DNA from: Lama glama
Lineage: Eukaryota
Length of the DNA stretch: 64,000 bases
Reading direction: 5' to 3'
Assembly (NCBI GenBank): GCA_028534125.1
Contig: CM052818.1
Span: forward strand, 26,042,001 to 26,106,000
This document shows positions 47,706 to 60,907 of this stretch, in pieces. The position numbers and the translations under genes are program-made. The notes beneath the pieces were generated by a model, which searched no databases, was not told the DNA's origin, and saw only the letters and a program-made list of their open reading frames with translations. How positions within the stretch are numbered: the first letter of the stretch is position 1; every line of letters begins with the position of its first letter.

Positions 47706-49809
47706 TATGACTGGGCTGTTGCCTCAGGCAGACAGCATCGCAGGCAAGAGCTCTTGTTCAAACCACTAAAAGTCGAAAACCTCACCTGCAATGCCCACTG
47801 GGAGGTCTTATTCTAAGGCTCTGCTAAGCACACGGATTCACAAGACTGCCGAGCCACAAGGGCACCATTTGATTCAGAGGGAAGCACTGGTCAGGACGCA
47901 GAGGGTGCTAGTAGGACACAGCTGGTGTCCCTCTTCTGCAGGACCTTGCAGGGACCACCAAACCATCCACACTGAGGCCAGAAGCTATCCTCCTTGGCCC
48001 CAGGGGATGACTCAGGTGTGAGGAAGTGAGAGTCACATCAGGAGGGTACGGATGCCACCCTGGATTGGAAGCCCCACACTCCACAGCAGCTAATATCTTT
48101 TGGAGGAACTCCATGGGCATAGATAGCTTCTGTGGTCCCCACACAGTCATGCCAGTTATAAGAGTCACCGCACTTAGGGAAACCCAAAGATATAGCTTTC
48201 AACCTGGTGTTTATAGTTGTCCCAGTCCGGACAGAGCTTACCAATCAGGGCCATTGTTACTTGCTTTTATCAGGTCTCCAGGGAAACAGAGCTAAGGAGT
48301 TTCCCAAAAGCCAAATGCTCAGGCCAAAGGGGAAAGGGTTTTGTTATTCCTTTATTCACAGTCCTTCAAATGATTAAACTATAATTTCTTTCAAGACATC
48401 TGGTTAAATAGAAAGGAATCAGAATGACACACTGATATGAAGAAATGAATCACACAATGAAAGCTGTCGTCTCTTATTGGTTACAGTCCTGCTCCCCAGC
48501 TCACACAGACCGATAGTGATGGAGCTATAATTGGAACCTCAGATGCCTGACAACATGCCCATCAAGTGTCACATTCTCTCCTAAGAGAAGGAAGAGGAAG
48601 CACGTGGGAAGAGAACAAAAGGGGTGCTGATCCTGAAGAAGGCAACAGAGAAAGGGGAAGGCACGAAGGCATTTCTTCCTGCTTCCCTGCAGCAGAGCAG
48701 CCGCTCTTTGAGATGTGGGACGGGACTCCACAGGGGTGGGAAAGGGAAGGAGGGCAGAAATTTGTGAATGCTCTGATCTTGCTAAAGAAGAGTCTCTTTT
48801 TGTCTTCAGAGCAGGAAAGTAATTTACTACCTCAGTCATTCTGCAGGAGCTTTGAATTGCAAGTAGAAAAAGTAAACCTAAGAGGTAGCCACACTGGGCT
48901 AGGACCTGCCCCCACCTGTCACTATACCCGTCTTTTGTAAGGTCGACAGCTGTGGACAAAGTGGACTAGATACATGGTCCCTATACCTCTTTCTCTCCCT
49001 ACATTGTGTGTTTAATATACACAAAGACACTTCTAGATCTTTAGTTACAATAAGAAGTTCATGACGAGGAGAAACTTCAAAGACGGTTGCAAAGCCACTG
49101 TCACACTGCAAACAGTTAGAAGAAGAGGTTCTTAAGAAGTAGCCAGTCCATGAGTGAGGACAGAGCCAGTATGAGAAATGGAAAAAGGAGGTTTGGCCTG
49201 ACTTGAGGAAGGTCCTATGTGAATAGCGAAGCCAAGAGAGGTTTCCCGTTGGACCAAACTTAAGAGTAGGGTCCAGAGAAAGCAAGCAAAAGGACCTTCT
49301 TTTCTGGCGGAAAGAATGCAGAGCAAGAACTCCAATCCCTATGGAGACAAGAGCTGGGAAAAAGAAATAAGAAGAGATGTCTGTGCTGGGAAGGGCTTGA
49401 GACGGGGGTGGGGGCAGCGGGACGCATTGGCTGTGACAACAGGTAAGTGAGGTCAAACGTCTACTTGGCACCCTCACAGACAAGCAAAGCTCCACCAGGG
49501 CAGAGAGTTGTCGTCTTTGTGACTCCAGTCTCTGGAAGTACTCAGCACTGAGTAAGTTATTCAATACAGCTGAACAAACACGGCCAGTAGAGACTGCTGC
49601 TTGTGCCTCACTACTGGGAAACCCACTCCCCCCAACTTTTCCAAAGCATCCTTAATTCCTGACTCATGGCCAACCAATGAACACTGGTTTTTAGTTCAGA
49701 AAATATGCTTGCTTTAGGCATGTGAAGAGTGATAATCCATGAGATGGACCCACAGGATCTCGGGAGGTAACAGTAGACACGGCATTGAAAAGAGCAGGAA
49801 TCTCTGGTC

Positions 49810-49840
49810 GTGTGTGTGTGTGTGTGTGTGTGTTTGTGTG
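49810..49840. repeat. (TG)n microsatellite
   Basis: Direct inspection. Confidence 0.95.
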
Positions 49841-52224
49841 CACATCCTCCAGGTTCTCTTAGGACCCAGATACTTTGGGTTTTTTAGCAGGGTGACATCT
49901 GGCAGTATTCAGTCTATCCTCCAAGCTCAAAAAAAAAAAAACAAACAACTAAGGTGACTCTGTGTCACTAAATCGTCACCAGCTGTGTCCTGCTTGAAAA
50001 AAACCTGTTATTAATATCAGAGCTGAATGTTATTTATTAACCACACACTGCTTATTAATCATTTACAGGTATGTGGTGATGCTCAGCATTAAGCCCCCAA
50101 AGACAACGCCCTGGCAGCTCAGAATTTATGGGCTTTTACAAAGACAGTAACAATAGACTGGGAGCAGCGCCACCAGGACACACAGGAAAAGGGCACAGGA
50201 GAACAAACATACATACAAGCCTTGGCCAAGCACACGGTTCTGTTTAAACAGCCTTTTAAAGCGCTTTGAGAATAGGGATGGCACTAACCTTTGAGGAAAG
50301 GAAGCAGTGTCAGAATCCAGACCTCTGAAAGTGAGGATGAAACCTGAATCTGCAGGATCAAGCAGTCAGTCCCTGTTTCTGCCCTCAGCTGCGTGCCAGC
50401 AGCCCTAGGGCGATCGGCTGGCAGAGTCTGTCCTCTCTCAGATCCCTGGAGCTCATCCATTTTAGGGTCAGGATCTCTGGAAGTGTCCTCTCTGAATGTT
50501 ACAGAACGTGATACCACCTGTGAATCCTGCCAAAGGGCATTTGAGCAGAGCCGCGGGTTAGCAAGTCATCATGCTCTCCCACCATCTCTTCCTGTCCCCA
50601 GAGAGTGACAGTGGAGACCAAAAGCAGAGTCCCTGGTGGCCTTATTCGAGGGAGTGGAACCGGGAGTGGCCACCTGCCAGAAACCTTGGTGGAAGGTACT
50701 AAGGTACTTTGGTAGCAGACGTAGGAGATTGTTTCTCCAGAATTGTGGGTCTGAGGTTACACAGGACTCGAGAACTCACTAGAGACAAAAAGGATCCTAG
50801 TTGAAATGGAAGGAGCAGCCCAGAGCTTTGGAACACACGTGCACACACACGTATTCATTCCATGTATGCATGTGAATGGCCGCATGAGAAGCGCTCACAA
50901 TCACGGAACCAGCTCATCTCACCAAACTCTCCTTGGGTTTTATTTCTCAGATTACAGGAGAAACATATGATCATTGTAGGAGGGAAAAAAAATCAGAAAA
51001 CACAGAAAAGTGTAAAGAAGAGAACAATCCCGCCACTGAGAGAAACAGTTAACTTTTTGTATCTGGGACTCCGGTCTTTTCGCTTGGCAGACTGAGAGTT
51101 CTTTATGCTGCTTTTCCAAATTGGGATCCTACTCAATGTAATGATGGACTGGTAACCTGTTTCAGGTTAAGGGTGTACGATGAACGGTGTTCAGTGATGG
51201 TCTCGTGTTCCAGGTCTGCAGGTACCCAGCCAGATCCTGCAGCCACAATCCGGATAAACACATTGGATCATAGCCTTGGCGCAAGTAAGCCTGGTTAGAT
51301 TTCTCCGTGGGCCTGTAGCCCTCTAAGTTTCATGACGCCACTACTTCACTGAGCACGGAGGGGCCCAGAGCAGGGCTGCTTCTGTCCTGTCCTTCTGCTG
51401 AGTGTTTCTGGGAGGAGACACCATTTTCTTCTCTCCTGTGACTGCCTTTGCTTTCTCTCTCTCTCTCTGCTCACTTGCAGTCCCCGGGCCTGTGAAGCCG
51501 CCCTCACTCTTCCAGAACCAGCGCCAGAAGAGGCGCAGCGCGGCCGGGATGCTTAGCGTGCTCCGCCTCCTGTCTGCTACCATTTAAAACCATCTGGGGG
51601 CAGGGAGGCAATTTGCTCAGCCCTTCCACTCGGTGACCACACACGTTCTCTAAGGAGAGGTTCACTAGCTTCGTGGCGGGAGGGAGGGTGGTGGAAATCT
51701 CCTTAGGAAAGGTAAAAAGATATTCTGTTTCCTCTGCTTTCCCTTGTCTGACTCTCCATGAGAAGGTATTTGTGACCTCTGTAAACCAGGCCTCAGTTTC
51801 TCACCTGGGCTTCAACTCCCTCCTCAAACCTCCTCTTGCTGCTGTGAAATGCTGTTGCCTGAGGTGGCTTTCCTTTCCTTCCCTGCTCTAAGTCCCCAAG
51901 GATTCCGTGGGCCCATGTCTCAGTGGGGGAGGGAGGAAGGAAGGCTCAAGGCCTCTCTGGGGTCATTCTTCTGACCCAGACCCAGACCACGCAGCCTATC
52001 CGACACGGAGGGGTCCACCTCTGGGTGGGGGAGGCCCAAACTCCTGACAGGATCCGCAGAGGCCTGTACATACACTGGGCAGAAAAACACGGGACTTTTC
52101 AGGATTTTAACCCATCTTTTTCCTTCTTATTTTTTTCTCTGTATCAGTAAACCTAAGGAAAAAAAGACAATGTGATGGTCTAAGCCCAGGGAAGGTGAGG
52201 CAAGCAGGATGGGAACGAATAACA

Positions 52225-52370
52225 GATAATAACGAGTAACCACACCTTACCGCTGAGAGTCCCTTACGGTTTACAGAGGGATGTCATTCCTTTCATCCCA
52301 GCTCCTCACAGCAGCCGGAGGAGGATATCCTGTTCTCTCTGTAGCTGCAGCCGAGGAACTGCAGGCCTGT
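52225..52370 (-). mobile_element. MIR SINE (degenerate)
   Basis: gctgagagtcccttacggtttacagagg...ctcctcacagcagcc...gaggaactgcaggcc. Confidence 0.5.
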
Positions 52371-52639
52371 AAGGATGCTGTGGTTGGCCACGCACACGCA
52401 CCCTCAGGAGAGAGGAGCTCGGTCCCCCAGCTGTGGGGAGTGTTGGCTGCTGAGGGCCACAATGGAGTCCCTCACTGCAAATTGTCCTTTATGGAAGGGG
52501 TCTGCCCATCCAAGGTTTCATTCCCTTCCTGGGCCTTTGTTTTGATTCTGGACAACTTCAAAGGGGCATCCCAGCTCCAGAATACCCTGTAAGATCACCT
52601 GCTTCAGCGAACAGGGTTTTTTACTCTTTGCACTGCTTT

Positions 52640-52960
52640 GAAAACCATTTCTCTTCACTCAGTAACTTATCACAGTTATCTATCTACAAATCTATCAAAG
52701 ACTACAGAATTACCATCTTTAACAGCTACAAAATATCCCACTGTGTGGACACCTCATTATTTATCCAAACTCCTATTGTGGAAGAGTTAGATATTTTCCA
52801 ATTATTTGCTAACAATTATAAATCCTCTGTTGGACATCTTTGTGTATACATCTCCTCAAACATGTCCAACACTCCTTAGCGTGCATTCCTAGAATGGCTG
52901 GGTCAAAGGACACTGCCCTCCAGAAAAGTGGTAACAATTTACATTTCCATTGCAAGTGTT
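52640..52960 (-). mobile_element. Old L1ME fragment
   Basis: catctttaacagctacaaaatatcccactgtgtggacacc...tattttccaattatttgc...gaatggctgggtcaaagg. Confidence 0.65.
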
Positions 52961-53334
52961 GGGAAAATCCCCAGATCCAGCTGGCTCAGTTCAAATTCAC
53001 GATGATAAAACTCAAATGGACACTCAGCGCTGCAATCTTACTAGTCCTCCCCACGGTTTGCTTTCCTACTTTTCACGATAATTCTTTCAAATATTTTCAT
53101 TTCTCATTAACCCTTCCACATCCCTTTCTTCTCTCACATGCCCAGCTGATGTTCTGGTTTTATAACTAAAACAATAGGAGCCATTGAGGGCAGCACTCTT
53201 ATCGGTCCACCCCAAATCAATACACACACACATACACACCCCGCACACACACAATGTGCTGGCATCTGTTTTCTGTTTCCCTCCTTCACCGTAGCAGAGT
53301 CCACATGGCTTGCAATGATCAACAACTTACTTGA

Positions 53335-53905
53335 ACCACATTGGCCCAACTACTCAAGCACTTCTCTCCTACAATATCCTTTCTCTCCTACATCATCATC
53401 ATCATCTGTTTCTTTCTCTCTCCTGGCTCATTCTCAAGAGCATTAAAAAAAAATCTGCCACCTCCCATCTTAAAAATACAAACAAATAAAAGATAACAAA
53501 ATCAAACGAAAACCCTCTCTTAAGCCCATGTTCCCTCTAGCCTTCACTCTATTCTCTCTGGTTCCTTTCCGGCGAAACTTCTTGGACGTACTCTCTGCTT
53601 CCAATTCCTCACGGCCCACCCGTCTTCCACCCACCTGCAGTGAGTCCCCACCACTCACTCCCGCTGTTCTTGTCTAGATCCCTGATTCCTTTCAAGACCT
53701 AATGGACACATCCTGGTCCTCATCTTCATTGATTCTCAGCGGCAGCAGCACGTCTACAGTCGGCCACTCTTTCCTGAAACACTTCCCCCTCTTTCCCTTC
53801 CAACTCACAGGCTTCTCCTGCTCAGACTTGTTTGCCGGCTCACCCACTCCATGGGAACTCTGAACACTGGAGTGCCCCAGGGCTCAGACCTTGGCCCTCA
53901 AAGCC
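53335..53905 (+). mobile_element. L2 internal fragment
   Basis: ctcccatcttaaaaa...cgaaacttcttgga...aatggacacatcctggtcctcatctt...ggagtgccccagggctcagaccttggccctc (GVPQGSxLGP RT motif). Confidence 0.7.
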
Positions 53906-54004
53906 CATCCCCTCTTCTCCTTCTCAGTAACTGGCACATAAAATCAATACCAAAACTTGAAAAAGACAATCCCGGAAGAAAAACAGATACAGATCAATGT
54001 TGTA

Positions 54005-54515
54005 TCATTCATCTACTCAGGCAACACATATTTGTTGAACACCTACTATGTGCCAAGCACTGAGAAAAGACAAGGTCTCTATTCTTGAGAGGCATAAAAT
54101 CTAGTGGCAAAAACAGATATAACCGAGAAACAAGATAAGCAGATTGTGAAGGATGCCAGCTGGAGCATAGAGAGAGTGATAGGACTGAGAGCAGTGGAGT
54201 GGGGATGGGGCACGGCCCTACAGAGGAGGGTCAATGAATGATGCTCTGAGAGGCATATCTGATGAAGCCAGCCAGGCAAAGACCAGGGAAGAACTTCCCA
54301 GGCAGAAAAAACAAAAACAAAAAACCCCCCAAAAAACAGCAAGCCTAGAAACTCTGAGGCAAGAAAGAACTCTGACATTTGAGGCACTGAAAGGGGCGAC
54401 AAGTCATGCCTGAAGAGAGGGAGTAAGGGTCCAGATGAGGTGGGCCACACTAAAGGGATGGGCATGCATTGTAAATTCACTGGGAACACATTAAAGAGTT
54501 TCAAGCAATATGCTT
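54005..54515 (-). mobile_element. L2 3' portion
   Basis: tcattcatctactcaggcaacacatatttgttgaacacctactatgtgccaagcactg. Confidence 0.8.
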
Positions 54516-57500
54516 AAAATTTAATTTTTAAAAATTCTCTTGAGTCAACCTGAGGAAATTGTGTGTCATGGGAATTTAAGCAACTAGTTGGAAAATGATT
54601 TTTTTTTCTATTGAGTCATATGAAACTCCAATAATACAACGATGTGTTCATTAAAAAAAATTCATCTCAAAGGTACACCCTATAAAGTGCAAAAATCACG
54701 GGTTTCAAACTCAAAGCAGAGATGAGTTAATTGTCAAGATTGTTTAGTGGGTCACTGCATGCGAAGGCCTCTTTTTTTTTTTTCTTAAACATTTAGCTTT
54801 ATCAGAGTTTTTTTTAAGGAAAAAGGAAAACCAGGTCTGTGCCTCTGAAAAAAAATTGGCATAGATTCTAAACAAACACACGAAAGATTTTTTAATCTTC
54901 TTAGATTCATAAATGAGCAATTTCCTTAGGTACAATTAGGAATGGCTTATTTTCTCAATTTTAAGTGAGTTTCTGAAATACATCACGTGACACAGAGGAT
55001 AAGAGGAAATTAGAAGCTATTGCTGCTCTTTCTAGGTCATGAATCACACCATCTTGCTTTTCCTCTGCAATTTGCTGTGACTAATGTCTGAAATCCAAGA
55101 CCCCCGCCAGGAATTAACTCATAATTCCAAGTGGAAAGGACGTCACCCAGCTCAGCCCTGTAGGCGACTGTTTACATCATGTGTGTGGCGATAAACTGGG
55201 AAATCCTTGGTGTATGTAAGGCCCTCCTCTCAGAGCTACTGGATCTCCACGTAACACTGCCTTCAGGATAAGAACAAGATGGCGGGAGTTGGTCAAAGAG
55301 TTGTTTTCAGATCTCTTAACACATATTTGGACCAAATGTTGAAACACGTCCTACGTAGACACATAAATCACTGCTTCCCCAAACAACCACAGGTGAGGAA
55401 TGTTTTTGCATGTACTTATTTGCATGTACACACTTATTCTACTGGCTTTCTGGTTTCATCTTTCCCTCCCCTTCCGACCTTGCGGGGCCTGCTGTGGGGC
55501 CATTTTGACTCATCAATTTTCTAGGCTAATTATTCCAGGGGATTTAAGCTCGTTGGGCATTGAGGCTGTGGTTGGTGCATGATAGTAATAATATATTCTA
55601 CAAACGTTCTCTCCCATTTCAGGATCCTCAGGGTCTCCAAGCAAAGGTTCTAAGAAGTGTCTCCAGGGCCCTGGGGACTCAGGGAAGGCCCTGCTTCCCC
55701 CTATGTCCCAGAAACCCTTAAAGCCTCCAGATACTGCAAGTTGTTGTGTGCAACCAAAGCCAGTTTTGCCTAGTGTTGATAAATGGACACTTAACTAATG
55801 GCCTTTTTAGAGCACAGGTGAAGCAACGCCTGTGCACTCAATGTCACAATCATCGCAGAGATCACTGGCGGAGGTCACAAGGTCAGACATCGCAGAGCTT
55901 CCCAGCATTCCTGGCCCTTCTCCCCTCCTCCCCCATGCCCTCCTGGGCTCCAAATTTCCCTTCTCAGATTCAGAAAGGAAAACGACTCTTCCCCAAAGCT
56001 GTTCTTGTTGCACTTTCACTTCTCTGCTCCGATCTATTGACCTAAACCCTGGAGACACTGTCTTCCCCCACCTACCAGCTGCCACCCACCACCACCTTCC
56101 TCAGTCCCTGGCTTGTCTTGGAAAGTCGGCTTTGTCATGTTCACGATCATTTCTGAGACATCTAGACTAAAACTAAAAATCCCCCAACCCTTCCTCTTTC
56201 TCCAAGCCGGCATTCCAGCCAGGCTGGGAGGGGAAAGGTCGGCATTTAGCTGCCTCTCCCCTCTGGGACCTGAGATTTCATTTCTTTCCCTTCCTTTTCA
56301 GGAATGCTGCTCCCCCATGGCACTTGTGGCAGCAAACAGGTTTTATCTGCTCAGTTCTCAAGTGTTTATTTAACTTGTCTCAGCCTTCTCTCTCTACTCA
56401 CTCTCTGAGACTGTTTGCCATGCTTATTCCAATTGTTAAAGAAAAAGACACTAACTACTCTCCATTGACTTTCCAACCCAGTGTCCTCCTGGCCACCATG
56501 AATGACCTCTCCTCCTCCTCTGGCTCTTAGTGACTGGGGACTGGTGACTACATGCAACAACCACAAAAATTCTTCTTCAAATATCTTAGGTGAGAAAATT
56601 CTCATACTTCAAGGAAAACAGGCACCTTCAAGGACACAGTTATCTTAGCTCTTGATTCTTTCAACAGTTAGAATATTTTACCAAGATGATCAGCTTTTCA
56701 ATAAACTTAATACTTGCAGCTTTCATGACGCCATCATCCCCGGGAGGGCAATGATTAAAGGTAGATTTTACTGCTTGGTTTTTGGTGGTTTTTGGCTGCT
56801 CTTCATGACAAAGTTTTTCTGTTTGTTCATTTTTATCATAGAAGCTTTGCTGAATCTTTCCAATAACATAGCTCTCTGTATCTCTCCACCACTGTGTTTA
56901 AAAGCGTTGCACCCAAACTTCTTAATTAGGCTAACTTGTCGAACTCTCATTTGTTTTAAAATAAGAATCAGGTTTTCTGCAAAATCTCTACCTAATAAAA
57001 ACCAAGGAATTTACTTTAAATTGGAATTCACATTCAGGAAGAAAAGACAAACCCACGCAGAACTTGATGCCGCCAAACAGGACTTTTACACTAACGGCAA
57101 CAAAGGCATAGATGCATTCAAGGATCCACCTTGGAGAAAGAGGAGGGCAAATGGAGATGTTTATAACGTAGTTACCATATGCAGGAAGAATGGGCAAATA
57201 TAACTGAATAGCAATTTTTTTTTAAGGTTTCAGAAAAACTGCCAAGTAATCTGAGTTGGGTGCCATTTACAAAACATGCTGACAGGAGGGTCACCCAGCT
57301 GGCTCTCAGCCTGGCTAAGGAGAGGGAAGTATGTGGCACCTCTTACCAAGTGAGGCTCGACCAACTTTGCCTATCACCAAAAAGCCAGCCTTCTCCTGGG
57401 ACCCCCAAGCATCACCCCAAACCTTAGCCTCTCTCTGATTCCCAGTCTAACTGGGCTTCCGTGGGGGATGGGGATCTGTGTTGCTCAGCCCTGGCTGTGA

Positions 57501-57547
57501 ACTTCTAACCCAAGGAGCATTCTTATCCCATTATGATGAAATCCACA

Positions 57548-57900
57548 GGGTTCAACAATTTAATTCCTCTATGAACACTGAATGTATACCAGGTGCTGGG
57601 CGGGGGGAGGGAAGAAGCAGAGCGGGGAGACTGGGCTGTGCACGTGACCACGTCCCTGCTTTCCAGGTCCTGAGGATCTAGCTGAGCAGAGATGTATTGG
57701 ATATGAGACCAAACATAACACTGGAGAGAATAAAGTCAATGGAATAATAAACTGCTCAAGGGATCCAGAGGGGAAAACAATCCATTCCATAATTGGGAGG
57801 GGAGGGAAAGGGAACGAGAATTTTCACAGCAGAGAGAGGGAGGGGGCATTGTTGGCTGAGGGAACAGCCTTGAAATGGCGTCTGTATTTAAAGACCACTT
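57548..57900 (-). mobile_element. L2 fragment (degenerate)
   Basis: ttcaacaatt...tatgaacactgaatgtataccaggtgctggg...gtccctgctttccag...gagggaacagcc. Confidence 0.55.
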
Positions 57901-58214
57901 TTAATAGTCTGGTGTTGCTCTGGGGGAAATTTGATAATCTGATGGGGAATGAGACTGACATAGACCCTCCACATCAAATCTTACAGGGTTGGGGGTAGGG
58001 GCGAGGGAAGGCAGTGAGAATCCTCCTTATTTCATGTGAGTTGGGCAAATCAAAGTATTTTTTAAAAAGAATTTTTAAATAAGATTTGCTTGGCTAGCAA
58101 AACCTTTGGAATTACAGAAGAGACTCACAGATGATAATAATAATAAATGATAGTGATATTTGGAATAATAATGACTATGATTATGTCAAACTGGAAGTGA
58201 TTTAGGACATTCAT

Positions 58215-58382
58215 AGTCTTTTAGAGCTGAAGGAAATTTAAAGACCATCTTACCCAACTGCCTTATTTTAAAAACAGATGAGGAATCTGATGCCCAGAGA
58301 AAAGTCCCTTGTCTCAAATCCACAGCTAGTTAGGGGCAAAGCACAGATCTCTTTCTTCCTAAACCAGATCACTTTCCACTAA
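58215..58382 (-). mobile_element. MIR-family fragment
   Basis: ttagagctgaaggaaatttaaagaccatct...acagatgaggaatctgatgcccagaga...cacagctagttaggggcaaagc. Confidence 0.7.
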
Positions 58383-59679
58383 CATATGTCGGTCTGCACC
58401 CACTCAGCTATTTTTCAGAGAAGGGAAAAGACAGTGAAACAGTGATTGGTGTTTAAGGGGTTTGCCTGAAGTCCCACTGCTACCAGTGGCTCAGATGGAA
58501 CCCAAACCGAGGACATTAGGGACATCAAGCCGACACTCTCCTGTAAACATTCTTACTGAAATTAAACCCATTCACGAGGGATGAAGCACGAGACAGAAGA
58601 GTGAGTGGTAATTAAAGCCCAGGCATGCACGTTTCTCCAATCATGACCTGGGCAAGAAAGATGGGGGCGGCGGAGTCTGGTTTGCCTCATCTGCCATCCC
58701 GCCCCACCACACACAAGCCAAGCTGCAGGGAGCTCTCTTTCTCCACCAAAGGCTTAGCTGCAATATGGTTTAAATTAGACATTTCTTGCCTGAGTAGAAC
58801 AAATCACTTAGGTTATATGCTGACAAAAAAGGAACAGTCTGCATGCTTGGAAAGCTTAGGGGGAATTAAATTATGTGCTGTCACTTCAGAGTTGTTCCTC
58901 TCTCCTCTCCACCACCACCTCTCAATTGCCTGCAGGAATCCCGGAGGAGGCTTGCGTGCAAGCCGAGCCCTAACCCAGGGCTTAACATAAACTTCGGGCT
59001 CTCAGGTCATTGGGCAATAACAGGTATATCCGGTTGGGTCTTTTGTGCTTGTCTGCACGCAAATTAAAAGCTCGTGCAAAGCTCAACTCCTCGGAGCCTC
59101 TGGTTAGGGAGAAGGTATGATGCCTTGGAAGAGAATTCTCACACCATCGCCTGTTTACTTTTTCAGGGAATGGGGGTGGAGGGCTGAGTTTGCTTATGGG
59201 AAGTTTGCACCTCTGGGAAGCTGAGCTCAGAAGGGGCAGGATGTGGAGGTGGCCTTGGGCCAGATTGTCTGCTGGGAGCAGGGCTCTGAAGGACTCCAAG
59301 TTGGAGCTTTGAAGGGGTGTAGTTCTTGAGGGCTGTGGGTAGAGATGGGAGTGCCAATGCCTGCACTTCCTGGCGGGTGGCAACAATGGCCCACGGCTGG
59401 CAGGGGCGGAGCTGGGTGGGGAGGGTCACCAGAGGGAGCCGGAAACCAAGAGGAGGGGACATGTACCAAGAGCTGTCACCTCTGGGGGCTTCCCACCTCT
59501 CCCCCCGTTTTAAAGACCTCACTACAATTCAGCCCTGAAGCCTCCAGAAGGCTGGTTGGAGTAGGAAAGTGTCTTCTCTTCTGTCCTCATGCTTCGTCCC
59601 ATGGGAGGCGGTAGTGTTCATGCCTCCTGCCCTCAAACTTGGAGATTTTCTCCGTCAGGAGTTTGCTTACCTGGTGTGG

Positions 59680-59935
59680 CTGGAAGGCAGCAGGGCGTCT
59701 GTGGAGTCTGGCAGACCTGAATTCAGACTGTGGCTCACCTACCACAGGAACTCTGTGACCCTGGTTGATAACTCCAACTCCTCCCGTCTCGCTTTATTTG
59801 TCTGTAGAAAAGGGATTATGGTAATAGTTACCTTAAAGGGTTGGTTGTGAAGGATTAATGAAATGATTCCTGTCGAGTGCTTGGCACACTGCCTGGCTCA
59901 AAGCGCTCAATAAATGGTCGTTCTTCCACTGTTAG
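59680..59935 (+). mobile_element. MIR SINE
   Basis: tggagtctggcagacctgaattcagact...tttgtctgtagaaaagggattatggtaatag...ggttgtgaaggattaatgaaatga...ttggcacactgcctggc...gctcaataaatg. Confidence 0.85.
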
Positions 59936-60401
59936 TAGTATATGTTACTGTTACCATTGTTATTATTGGCAGAGTTGCTAACGAATGAGCCGCTGCAATT
60001 TCAGGATGTGGCTGAGGTTCCCCCGAGCTGGGTTTCCCCCTCCTCCTCTGAGCCGCTCTCCCAGCCACTGACTCTGGCATCGCCTGGGCTTTGGGCAGCA
60101 GAGATTTGGGTACCACTCTGTTAGTCTCTTCTTCCTGGCCCTGCTTGGGGGCTACGGTGCACCATCCCAGCCAGATACGTGGGGTGGTACCTCTGTGACA
60201 GCCCAGAAGGGTTGCAGCGCTGTTTGAATGTGCCCACATGTCTCTCATGGGCTTTCTTCCTAAAATCAGTCGCTGGGGTATCACTCCCTTTGAAATCTAC
60301 CCTCATTCTCACCAACTTCCTACATCAAGAACAGAAATCCTTAGATATTTCTTGGATGAACTTTTCTCACAAGAAAAAAAAATCACGTGTTTAAGCTGAG
60401 A

Positions 60402-60907
60402 CAGTGATTCTTAAAGTGTGGTCCAGGGACTCCTCAGGAGGGTGGGTGGTCCTGGAGACCCTTTCAGGAAACCCACGAGGTTAAAACTATGGTCATAAGA
60501 TCTTCTTTGCCTTCCTCCCTGTCCTCTCACAAGTTTACCAGGGGTCTTTCAGGGGCAACATGATGTTCAATATCACCGCAGATTGGAGGCAGCATCAGAT
60601 GTGAGTTTTCATCTGTCTTCTGTTAAATCATAAATTCAAGAGATTTGTAAAAATGTAAAACAATGCCACTCCTACTAAATACCTTTTGTTTTGGAAAATA
60701 TATTATTTTCAAATATGCTATTTCTGTTGACGAGTGCTAGGTTTATAATTTTTACTGAATAAACATTTAAAACTTTGTTCCGTTTTCACTTCTAAAATGA
60801 TAAATATTGATAGATTCAACTTTAGATTAAACAATAGCTCTTTGGGTTCTGCAATAATTTGTAAGAGTATGAAGAGGTCCTGAACACAAAACATCTGAGA
60901 AGCACTG
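60402..60907. mobile_element. Charlie4a-like hAT DNA transposon, complete ends
   Basis: TIRs cagtgattcttaaa ... tctgagaagcactg; 8-bp TSD agctgaga (60394-60401) / agctaaga (60908-60915). Confidence 0.88.

Noticed and set aside
48899..49564. 221-aa minus-strand ORF, the longest outside the gaps
   Set aside because: Non-ATG start, S/L/F-rich composition mirroring a purine-rich + strand, no recognisable domain
51520..51545. CTCF motif at ccagaagaggcgc
   Set aside because: One base short in the G-rich core; poor alignment to the consensus
56652..57203. 183-aa + ORF and the overlapping minus-strand candidate exon from about 56991
   Set aside because: Non-ATG start, no recognisable homology and no partner exons found; a database search could overturn this
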